Positions 10,416 to 20,607 of a stretch of 64,000 bases of DNA are shown one piece after another; the first letter of the stretch is position 1; the number at the start of each line of letters is the position of its first letter. Position numbers and translations under genes: made by a program. The notes beneath the pieces were generated by a model. The model saw only the letters and a program-made list of their open reading frames with translations, did not search any database and had not been told where the DNA came from. This DNA is from Hyaloraphidium curvatum SAG 235-1 (lineage: Eukaryota; Fungi; Monoblepharomycota): positions 1 to 64,000 of the forward strand of contig JAIVFI010000041.1 of the NCBI GenBank assembly GCA_025558095.1. Reading direction: 5' to 3'.

Positions 10416-11349
10416 ATGCCCAAGCTCCCCATGCGCGCCGGGGCCGCCCTGATCGCCGCCCTTCTGGCAGTCGCCGCCGCCACGGGCGCGGCAGGGGCAG
10501 CGTGGGTCCGGTCTGCTCCCCGCTCCGGTGCCACGCTCACAACGACCCCAGACTGCCCGAAAGGACCGCCGCCGCCGGACAAAAAGTCATCTTCCGCCGC
10601 ACGTGCGGCGACTGCGCCCCGGAAGCATTCTGGTGACCCCCTGGCCCCGTCCTTGCTAAAGGACACCCGCCCTGACTCGTCCCCATCCCCACGCCAGTGA
10701 ATTCCAATATCCCGGCGCTCCCGACGACCACGTCGCCTGCGTTCATGTCGACCCCGGATCCCTCCACTCGCTCTATCGCCGGTACGCCCCGGCCTGCGGC
10801 ACCTTCCTCTCCTGCGCCCCGGCAATGAACTCCCAAACCACGTTGAACGGCGCCACGTACAACGCCGGCGCGAGCAAGGGCGTGGGGTTCGTCGCGGGCA
10901 GCGGGGCGGGGGACTGCGGCGCGATCGACACGATCGCCCTGACGCTGTACAACACCGGCACGGCGGGGGCTCAGGTGAGGTTCAAGATCGACCTGAGGAA
11001 CAAGGGAGAGGGAAACTACTCCGGCACCACGCTGTACGCCTCTGACACGGTGTCGTTCACCGCGAGCTTCGGCACGACGTACACGGAGGTAATCTTCGGC
11101 CCCTCGGACCTGCCCAACATCGCCGCGTACCAGCTCACCGGGGGCGCATCCTACACCCTCTCGTTCTACGGCATGGTATTTGCCTCGGACGGCACCGCCA
11201 CCAACACCATCGCCCTGGGCCGCAACAGCGCCGCCGGCTCGGCGGCCGCCGCGACGACGTACGGGAACGGGTACTCGGGGGTGTTCATGATCAGCGGGTC
11301 GGCGGAGTACGCCGGGTCGTACAAGCTGAGTTTCGGAAACTCGCATTAA
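10416..11349 (+). CDS. Secreted protein with the shared N-terminal Cys module and a beta-rich C-terminal domain; introns 10502-10551, 10633-10697
   Basis: Signal peptide, then KVIFRRTCGDCAPEAFC|EFQYPGAPDDHVACV...LYRRY, in frame with ORF 10825-11349. Confidence 0.75.
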
Positions 11350-11688
11350 GAACTAACAAGGGACGGTGGGAAGGGAACGGGCCGCAGGGGAGACTATAGA
11401 GGCGGGACATCATGATCCTCGGGAGGCCCACCGAGGCCGGGTCTTTTCGCTTGCCATCCACCTTTGAAGCACGGCATTATTTCATCCGAATCCATTCCGC
11501 GGCACATATGCCATGTGGGGCCCCGTTTGCCCGATGAGGGACGGGTGTGGCGCCGACTTCCTTCGCATTAAGGGCCCACCTATCCCCAAAAAGGTGGACA
11601 GGCCCTTACACCCTTCGCCCGCTCGAAGGAGAGCGCCCGCTCCGTGATCAGCTTCCGCCCGACTCTCTCCGACCCTGCCGGCGCCGAC

Positions 11689-13468
11689 ATGGCCCTCCGC
11701 GCCGCGCTGGCGGCCGCCGCCGCGCTCGCCCTCCTCGCCCGCCCCGCCGACGCCCAGGCCTACGCCCCCAACGTCGGCTTCGACGACCCCGACGTGACGT
11801 GGGCGGTATGTGTCACATCCTACCGCCCCGCCCTGTCCGCGGCCCCTGCTGCCCGACCGCGGCAAGGAGGCTCCTGACCACAGAGCACGACGCTGACGCC
11901 ATTACCTGACAGTTCATCGGCTGCCGCGACCGCAACAACGACGTCCCCGCCGCGTGCGCGCGCACCCTGGCCTCGACGTACGTGCAGGGAAACGCCATCG
12001 CCGAGTTCCAGGGCCTCCGCCCGGGTGCGTCCCCTCCCGTCCGGCGGTGGCAAACCCGACCCCAGCAGCCGACGCTGATCGACCGTTGTTTCCCGCCGGT
12101 CCGCAGACGGCAAGAACAAGTGCGACACGCCGGCGCCGTTCGCCACGTGGTGCGCGGTCCGCGCCAAGGGCTTCAGCGCGGGGCAGTGCATGCTGTCGCT
12201 CGCCGACGGCGGTGCCTTCCTGATGGTCGGCCAATACTACGGTACTCAGGCCTGCCTCGGATCGATCGCGAGCGGAAGCACCTGCACGTGCGTTTGCTTT
12301 CGAGGGTGTTGCCTGATCGGCTTCTGACCCGCCACGCCGCGTGACTGCAGCTCCAGCCCCTCGCCTCGGACATCAAGCAGGTCGCCGGCGACGCGCAGTG
12401 CCCCTACGGCGGCGCCGCCACCGGAGGGTGGTGCGCGGCCGCGTGGCAGGCCATCGGGATGCTGAACCCGCAGCTCGTGCGTCCACCGGCCCGAGCGTGC
12501 GGAACGAGCTGATCGCCGCGCGATTGTCAGAGCTGCGGATCGCCACCGCCTCCCCCTCCCCCTCCTCCTCCTCCTCCTCCGCCGCCGCCGCCGAGCGACC
12601 AGTGCACGGCCCCCACGGGCGGCCCGGACTACGACGGAACCCCCTGGATCTGCGTGCAAGACAAGATGGGGTCCGGGAACTGGTGCACATCCCCGTCCTC
12701 CATCGCCTGCTCTTCATCTCACCCCATCCCCCTCTTCACAGGGTCCCCGTCAAGCTGACCGCCTGGTCCAACGCGTGCTGCATGTCCCGCAACTCCCGGG
12801 ACTGCATCTGGGCCGACAAGGCCTGCTGCGACCGGCTGGCGGCCTCGGGGACCGGGACCACGCCCTACTTCGAGTGCGGGCCGATCCACGCGTCTGTGTG
12901 GGGGTCGACCGGGTACGAGGATCCCAACGGGTGGGTCGATATGGCGACGTGCGCTCGGTGGGAGCGGGGGTGACCGGGGCATCCGTGTTCCAGCTGGTGC
13001 ACGACGGCCATGAACGCGCTCGGCGGCACCGTTCCCCCCCCTACCCCTCCCCCACCGCCCTCAGGCCCCGTGGACATGTGCACCAAATTCTTCGACGCCA
13101 AGTGCATCGGCGGCCGCTACATCTCCTCCGAGGAGGCCTCGCTGTTCTTCTGCAAGGAACAATCCACACCCGCCGCCTTTCTGCAGTACTCGTACCAGGG
13201 CACCGACGGCTGCGGCGCCTACGGCTCCAACTTGGGCGTTCTGTGCCAAGTGACCACGGGCTGCGACGCGACCTCCCCCGTGTCGATCCAGCGCGTCCGC
13301 TCGACGGCGCCCGACTCGGTCTGCCTCGTGCAGGGCCCGAACCAGAGCTCCAACGTGGCCAAGGCGTGCATGGATACGTGCAGGGTGGACGTCGGGGCGG
13401 GGAGGGGCTGGGCGGCGTGGGAGTGCGAGGCGGCGTCGCTGTACTGCACGTGCAGCAGCAGGCTGTGA
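11689..13468 (+). CDS. Multi-exon secreted Cys-rich multidomain protein with poly-Pro linkers
   Basis: Signal peptide MALRAALAAAAALALLARPADA. About 6 short introns. Cys-rich domains are separated by a long poly-Pro tract (about 12543-12593) and PPPTPPPPPS. Confidence 0.65.
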
Positions 13469-13833
13469 GCTTCGGGGGCCGTCGGGTGGGGAAAGCGGGT
13501 CCGCCGGTGGCACTGCGTCGGAATCGGGGTAGCACTGCGTCGAATGGGGGTAATCTAGAAGCTTTCCGGGTGGCCGGTGCCGGGATGGAGGCTCCCAGAG
13601 GCACCGGTCCGCGCGGGCGGATCGGCCTCAGATCCCGCCCCTCCCGGGGGATGGAATCCAGAAAGGCGCGTCTGCAAAACAAGTCAGACAGCTCCGTCGC
13701 TTAATGATGTGCCGCGTGCGCGAACGCGGCCCGCGTCGAATCGAATTCTCCGCAGAAACCGCACCTGGCTGGACGGGCCCCAATCCCGCGCATCCGAAGG
13801 AGCCGTTCCGCCGGCCTCCGCACTTGTTTCGCC

Positions 13834-14982
13834 ATGTCCTTCGCCGCGGATCCCCCGCCCTTTGCCGCCTCCGTCCTGTCGGGCGCGCACGGCCCCCTGC
13901 TGTTCGACCACGCCGGCGCCGGCCCCACCTTCTGGCCCGCGCTCCGCGGCATCTCCCGATTCGCGCTCGCCGTCGCCGGGACCCACGCCCGGGCATGCCT
14001 CCTGTGCGGCGAGGCAGGGCTCGACGGCGGGATGGCGGGGACGATGGCGGCGATGCAGGGCGGCGCGAGCGCGGCGGTCGCGCTGGAGGTATCGCGGGCG
14101 CTTGTCGGCGAGCTGGCCGGCGCGCATCCCGCGCTGGAGGCCGTGGGCGCCACGTACCGGCGGCCGGTGCGGCTGCCCGGGTGGGTCGACGTGCGCGCGG
14201 CGGCGGAGCGGAGGGGCGACGGGTGGGCGTGCCGCGCGGCGCTGTGGGACGCCGAGGGCGGGAAGGAGCTCGTCGTCGTCTCCTCCGAGTGGATCCCGGA
14301 CGAAGCCGGGGGAAACGGGGTCCGGACGGCGGCCGAGGACGAGCACGAGCTGCCCCCGGTCCTCAGTGTCCTGCTCGACAAGTTCCGAGACCCGGGCCTG
14401 CTGCCGACCTCCGAGCACCACATGTTCGCCCTCCTTGCCGCCGGCAGCCCCGTCGTCACCTCGCACCTCCTTCCTCCGGACGATCCCCGCGCGTGGGGGT
14501 TCCCGGCGGGCATGAGCCGGTCCGGGTTCATCTGGCGCTCGCCCAAGGAGGGCAGGCTGTACAGCAGGATGCACTCGGTGCAGACGCCCACGGCGCTGGA
14601 AGCGTGGTTCGAGGTGCCGGGGAGCCTGCTGTCGGCGGATGGCACGCTGCATCCCGCCATCCAGTACACGTACGCAGAGTAGGTCGCCGCCCGGTGCCGA
14701 TCCGCCCGTTGCCAACTACCCGCCCGACCGGCGAGCAGCAGCTGGCTCAACGGTTTCGCCCTCGGCGTCTCCGTAGCCGTGACCGTGACGGCGTCGCTCC
14801 GCTGCTCGTTCACCCAAGCGGGGCGGCGGTTCTGCGGCGGCTGGGTCGTGCTGAGGGGCAGGCCGGTGGAGCGCACGGGGAGGAGGGTGCGGCTGGCGGC
14901 CGAGCTGGCGAGCGAGGCGGGAGACGTGCTGATGCGGGCAGAGGGGGAATTTGCGGTCATCGGGCCGGCGCCCAGGATGTAG
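13834..14982 (+). CDS. Double HotDog-fold thioesterase-like protein, one intron near 14670-14740
   Basis: MQGGASAAV...ATYRRPVRLPGWVDVRA in the first half. GTLHPAIQYT...TASLRCSF...VVLRGRPVERTGRRVRLAAEL...AEGEF in the second half. Confidence 0.6.
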
Positions 14983-15178
14983 CGGGGCGGACACGGACGG
15001 CGGTGCCGGAGGAGGTGGCATGCGCCGAATGGGCGGGTATCTACAGGTCGGCAATGTACAAGATCCACAGGTGTCGCTCTAGCTCGCTCCCCGATGTCGC
15101 TCCCTCTTCCACGCTCTGCCATGGTGTCCCTTGTCGAGTCCAAGCTGGGCCTCCAATCGGGCCCTCCTCCGGCGCAGT

Positions 15179-15736
15179 TCACTCTTGCGCGTCCACGTCC
15201 CTCGGCCCCCGGACCTCGCGCATCTCGCCCAGGTCGGCCCCTCCCGCTCCCAGCAAGGGCGCCCGCGGGCAACCTTCATCGCTGTCCGCCCCGCGGTCCT
15301 CCCCGTGTCCCGATGGGCGGCCGCCCCGCCCGCCGAAGAAGGTGAACACCTCCGGCCCCGCCGCGAACCGCACCGCCTTCCTCGCCGCCCCCGGGCTGCC
15401 CTCCCCCGACCCGGGCGGCGGCGACGCCGGCGGCGTCACGCACACCAGCAGCCGTCCCAGCTCCGCGAGCTCGGGCAGCGGCGGGATCGCCAGGCGCCAC
15501 GCGGGGCGGCCCCTCCCCCGGCCCGCGGGCGAGGCCCCGTCGTCGTCGTGCCGGGCGGCCCCGGCCGGGTCCGCCCCGGGGTCATCGCCGAAGAAGGACC
15601 GCCAGCAGATGCCCTCCCCCTGCGGCGCCGGGGTTTCCGCGGCGTGGAGCTCCCGCTCCCGCGCCTCGGGGCTCCCCGGCGGCGGCGCCTCCATGCTCGG
15701 CGAGGGCGGGTACGCCGCGCCCGTTGGGCTGTCCAT
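15179..15736 (-). CDS. Small disordered hypothetical protein with an RVxF-like motif
   Basis: ATG-initiated 185-aa ORF containing RKAVRFAAGPEVFTF. Confidence 0.4.
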   Translation of the reverse strand: MDSPTGAAYPPSPSMEAPPPGSPEARERELHAAETPAPQGEGICWRSFFGDDPGADPAGAARHDDDGASPAGRGRGRPAWRLAIPPLPELAELGRLLVCVTPPASPPPGSGEGSPGAARKAVRFAAGPEVFTFFGGRGGRPSGHGEDRGADSDEGCPRAPLLGAGGADLGEMREVRGPRDVDAQE

Positions 15737-15985
15737 CGCTGCTAGAGGAGGTGGGGAAAGTGGCGAACGGGGACGGTGTGTCCTCTCTGTCCTTTGTCCT
15801 CGGTCGGTCTGGAAGGCGGGATCGGGTGGGTGGCTGGGGATCCTGGGGGAGGAGATTGGACGTTTTCGGGCGGAGCTGGGGCTGCGGGCGCCAGTCGGAC
15901 CTCGCCAAAATACCGGGAAATTGCGGTGACCGTTTTCCGTCGGTGTCCGCGCCCCGCGCCGTCCCCGATCGCCGTCGGCAGCCGC

Positions 15986-16223
15986 GAGGACGCTGACGCA
16001 ATGCCCGCCCTAGCCGCCCGGCGTTTCGGGCCGAAACTTCCAGGAACCGGCCCCGGGCGGATCGGCGCCGGCGAACCGGCGGGCATCGTCGTGGGGGATC
16101 TTCCACGTCGTCTGCGGGGGCGGCGGTTCCGGTGCGACGGCGCAGGGGCGGCGATCGCGCGTCCCACCTGGCCATGCCGGAAAATCGGCGCGGTACGGCG
16201 GTCCCCCAAAAAGCGAGTCATAG
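15986..16223. repeat. Dispersed non-coding repeat, copy 2 (of 10163-10360)
   Basis: Same ordered blocks as copy 1, in the same orientation. Confidence 0.75.
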
Positions 16224-16474
16224 TTCGCCGGATCGCCCCGACCGAGGCCGGGAAAGGGTCGGGCGTCTGGGACGGTCGATGGGCGGCATCGCCGTCGCAA
16301 CGCTCGCCGGGTCGTCCGGACGGGCGGGGACGGGGACCGCGGCGGACCCGATCGGAACCCCCGCACTTGGTGGCCAATCCGGATCCGATGCAGCTACAAA
16401 GCCCCGAAGCACGATGCCATCCGCGTGCTTTTTTTCCGCGGCCCGTCCTCCGCCGCCAACCCATCCCCCACCCA

Positions 16475-17738
16475 TCAGGGTGCCACATCCAGCGTCTCCT
16501 TGAACCCGCTCGGCTTGTGCGGCCCCAGCACCAGCTGCTCCAGGATCCCGCACCCCTCGCGTTTGCTCCCGTCGGGCAGCGTCATCTCGGCCTGGACGAA
16601 GGCCTGCACGTGCAGGTGGGGAGGAGCGCACGACTTGATTTCCGCGGGCTTGAACTCGTCGTAGCCGACCGCGAGCTCGCCCTTGTGCATGCCGTGGCCC
16701 CATTCGGGGTTCATGTAGCCGAGGCCCATCATGTGGAAGTTAAATCTGGGGGAGGCGAGCCGGCAAGGTGGGCAGGGGCAGGGAGGGAGCCGGATCAACG
16801 ACCCAGTGCCGTTCCGGGTGCCCGGCAGTTACCCACTTGGGGGTCAGCTTGATGGTGGTCGTCCCCCCGCCGTGCTTCTTGTCGTGCTCGAACGTGATGG
16901 TCGCCTCCTTGGCGTACCGCGACCCCGACACGTACTTGACCTCGGAGCGGCACCGGTCCACGTGCTCCGGCTCCCCGCCAGCCGTCAGCGCCATCGCCCC
17001 CGCCTGGTTCCACGCCTCGCCCTCGGCGTCGTCGTTGACGTGGTACAGGGTGATCCTGTCGCCGAAGTTGAGCGGCGCCCAGAGCCAGTAGAACTGGAAC
17101 GGCGCGGGCGGGGCCATCGGCTGTGGGTCCGCGGAGCCGATGGTGCGCACGCCCCAGGACCGGTCCCGCGTGCCCCACGTCGCGTCGGCCTTGACCTCGA
17201 TCCGCTCCCCCTTGAGCTCGATCCAGCCCTCCCACGCGCCGTTCTGGGTCATCCGCGTGACGTCCATCAGCGTGCGGGCGCCGATCCGCCGCGTGAACCG
17301 GGGCTCCTTGATCGCCGCCGTCCTCCCCGTGAAGGTCAGCTCCGCCCTGATGGGGTGCTCCGAGTCGCCGACGCGGACGCGGAGCACGCGGAGCGGCTCG
17401 ACGATGTCGACGGCGATGGGGCCGACATGCGTGTCCATGCGCTCGTGCATGAGCCAGCGCGACGCGTGGAGGTTGTGCTGCGTGCCGTTCCGCGAGACGC
17501 AGAAGGCGCCGTCGCAGATGTTGACGTGGGGGTAGACGCCGAACGCGGCCGCGAAGAACAGGGAGCCTGGATTGGTTGGGGCGTCAGGGAGGGGGCAGAG
17601 ACGGCCGGGGGCGGCCGACCGACCATCCTTCGAGTAGCCGTTGAAGAAGTAGCGGTCGTAGAAGTTGCGGTCCGTGCCCGAGAAGGCGATGGGCTCGGCC
17701 GTCTGGTGGATCGGGTAGTCGTCGGCCTTGGTCAGCAT
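16475..17738 (-). CDS. Bacterial-type conserved beta-rich hypothetical protein (possibly tocopherol cyclase/CrtC/AttH-like fold), 2 introns
   Basis: MLTKADDYPIHQT...DRNFYDRYFFNGY...GTRDRSWGVR...QFYWLWAP...GLGYMNPEWGHG...GILEQLVLGPH. From memory, this matches an alphaproteobacterial/actinobacterial family. Confidence 0.7.
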
Positions 17739-18011
17739 CGCGGCGGAGGGCGCGAAAGCGTCACAATTTGGTGGCAGTGATAGTTCGTCGCGCGAAAGGA
17801 CCGCTGAGAGGCCGGAAGGCGGTTCTACGACGGGCGGTGGGGGGCAGTTGTCGGGCCGGCGCGGCGCGGCGCGTGCCGTGGCCCCCGCCCGCGTGGAACC
17901 TTCTTCCCGGTGGCCTAGCCGCGTCCTCGAACCCCAGAGGCGCCCTAAATTTCTTGCTGGAATATCGTTAGGTCACTTGCGACCCACCCGGACCGAGATT
18001 TCCCGGGCGCC

Positions 18012-19348
18012 ATGGCACAAGCGGCTCGCCCGCTCCCCTCGTTCACCGACTTTCCCGCATCCATCGCGGACCTCACCGCGCCGTGGCTCGAATCCGTGTT
18101 CCGCGCCCACGGCCTGGACGCCCGAGTCGCAAGCATAGAAGCGAAACAGGTCGGCACGGGGCAGGTCGGCGGCAGCTACCGGATCACCGTGTCCTACGAT
18201 GGGGACCCTGGGGAGGCCCCGCCGACGGTGGTCGCCAAGCTCGTCTCCGAGGACCCCGACTCGCGCAAAACGGGCTTCGCCACGCGGACCTACGAGCGCG
18301 AGGAGTACTTCTACCGGCACCTCTCGGGCCGCCTCCGCACCAAGGGGATGAGGATAGCAAAGTGCTGGGCCGCCGAGCACGCCCCCGAACGCGAGGCGGC
18401 GCTGCTGCTCTTGGAGGACCTGGCGCCCGCGAACGCTGGGGACCAGCTCGCGGGGTGTGATCCGGGGAGGGCGGAGCTGGCGCTCAGGGAGGCGGCCAAG
18501 CTGCACGCCGAGTTCTGGGCGTCGGAGGAGCTCCCGAAGCTGGGCGGGTTCCTGGGGATGCCGGGCAACCCGCAGGCGGCGGCGGGACTGGCGCAGGTTT
18601 ACCAGGGGTCGTGGTGGCCCGGCTTCGTCGAGAGGTGCGTCGGCGGACGTCCCCGTTGATCGCCAGGAAACCGACCTACCTCCCCTCCGATGCAGATACA
18701 AACCCCGGATGACCCCGCACATCCTCGCCCTGGGCAGCCGCCTCGCACGCTCCCTGCGCGGGTGGCTGCTGCTCCGCGCCCGCCCGCCGCTGACACTCGC
18801 GCACTCGGACCTGCGGATCGACAACCTGATGTTCCCCCCCGCGGGGAACCCGGGGGGTGACTATTGCTGCGTGGTCGACTGGCAGACGCTGCAGGTCGGA
18901 CAAGGAGCCGTGGACGTGGGGTACTTCCTCGGGGGCTCGCTGCTGCCCGAGGACAGGCGAAAGCACGCGAGGCGATTGGTAGAGGTGTGGAGGGGGGAGC
19001 TGTTGGCCAACGGGGTCAAGGACTGCACGGCGGAGCAGGCGTGGGACGGGTTCCGGCAGGGGTGGGTCCCCGCGCGCGCGTGCGCCATGGTGATTGGCTG
19101 ACGGGAAGCGCGTACAGGTTCTTCGCGAGCATGGTGATGGCCGTCGCGGCGGGGATGACCGTGGGCAGGACCGACCGCGGAGACGAGATGTTCTGGTTCG
19201 TGCTCGCCTCCATGGCCCTCGCGACGCGTGCTGACGGGACCGAAGGGCGATGTTCGCGCGTGCGGCGGAGGCGGCGATCGAGACGGGGGCAGAGGAGCTG
19301 CTGCCGGCGGAGGAAGGGGCGGAGGCGGGGCAGGTGCCCGCCCCGTGA
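18012..19348 (+). CDS. Phosphotransferase of the APH/ecdysteroid-kinase-like (EcK) family, 3 introns
   Basis: VGTGQVG, TVVAKL, YEREEYFY, LLLEDL, Brenner motif HSDLRIDN, VVDWQ, DVGYFLGGSL, RTDRGDEMF. Stop TGA at 19346-19348. Confidence 0.85.
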
Positions 19349-19423
19349 CCCGATATCCCAATAGAACCTCGGTCGACGACGCCATCCCTCGGTCCGGCAC
19401 CCAATGGTCTTCCGATCCTCTAT

Positions 19424-19500
19424 GGCAGCTCACGAGCCGGCGCGGATCAGGCGGCCCGCCACCTCGCGGTTTCCGCGGGCCCCTTCATGTCGCCTCTGCC
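19424..19500 (-). promoter_or_regulatory. Type II SECIS element in the 3' UTR of the SelW-like gene
   Basis: The minus strand reads GGCAGAGGCGAC-ATGA-AGGGGCCCGCGG-AAA-CCGC-GAG-GTGG-CGGGCCGCC-TGAT-CCGCGCC...CTGCC. It has an AUGA/UGAU kink-turn core, 12 nt from AUGA to AAA, a GC-rich helix II, an apical mini-stem and helix I. Confidence 0.88.
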
Positions 19501-19509
19501 CTTGGCCGC

Positions 19510-19936
19510 CTACGCGCCCCGCTTCTTCGCGAGCGCAGCCTCGACCGCGTCGAAGATGCGGTACAGCTTCCACTCCCTGTCGACCATGCCGTCCCCGTTG
19601 ATCTGCCGCCGTCCGGGACCCCAATTAGCGCCCCGCCGGGCGGAAGCGGGCACGCGACCCACGTAGGAATGCACCGTCTCCCCGTCCACCGTCACCTCGA
19701 ACTTGTACGGCGGCGGTTTGGGCGGCGCGGCACCGGTGACCCACACCGCCTTGCCGAACTCCTTCTCGACCTCGGAACGGATGTGCAGGTACGCCGGCAG
19801 GAAGCCTGGACTCGGGTGAGGGACGCGCCCCTGCGGAGAAGCGGGAGGGCGGACCTCATTTGACGCCGACGAGGAAGTCCACCCAGACGAGGCTGGGATC
19901 CGGCGGGGGCCCGGAGGGGCCGCCTTTGGGCGGCAT
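19510..19936 (-). CDS. SELENOW: Selenoprotein W-like (Rdx family) protein with in-frame UGA/Sec at 19856-19858; exons 19936-19855, 19805-19663, 19602-19510; 105 aa
   Basis: Spliced: MPPKGGPSGPPPDPSLVWVDFLVGVK-U-GFLPAYLHIRSEVEKEFGKAVWVTG...YKFEVTVDGETVHSY|INGDGMVDREWKLYRIFDAVEAALAKKRGA. This aligns with SelW (UGYKSKYLQL..LEDEF...[21 protein letters not shown]...IKAALA). A SECIS lies downstream. Confidence 0.85.
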
Positions 19937-20607
19937 CGCGGCCGGAGTCCGTGGTGTTGCGGCGGGACTCGACGAGCGCCCGTGAGCTGTGAGCCCTGAG
20001 TCCCGCGGCGTGCGGCCGCCCCTTCCCCTGTGGCCATGGACGGACAAGGACGGTACAAAACGATCGAAGGCTGGACGGGAGCTGATTTGCAGTTTATCCG
20101 GCTGCGAAATTCGCGCGATTCGTTGCCGCAGCAGGCTGCCGCTTGGCGTCGCCAGGCTCCCGGGCGCTCTTCTCGGGTGCAGACCGCTGCCGCTCCTATC
20201 CGGTGATCGAATTCTGCAGAAGATCGGCGCCTCATGGTAGATGCCGCATCCGCAGCTGCCGCTCCCTCCCCGGAATCGGCGAGGGACTCGCGAAGCCTGC
20301 GGCATCCCTCGCGCAAACGGGCCTTCTGGCTCCCCCTCGGCCCCTCTTCCCAGGCCGCCACAAGCAGTCGATCTCGAACATGCACCGCAATCCCTCCGGA
20401 CCGGCCGCGAATCCCATCGGGAATCCTGCGCAACGCCCTCGCCTCGGAGAATCCCCCGAACGTGATCGCGGGCTGGTGCAGCAGTTCTTGAATCACGGCT
20501 TCCAGGGACCATTCTCCGCCGCTCTCCCCCTCCTCTGGTCCCTCTTCCCGGACGTCATTACCCCTCCACCGCTCCGGATCCCGCGCTCCCCGCACCTTGC
20601 CGCCGCC

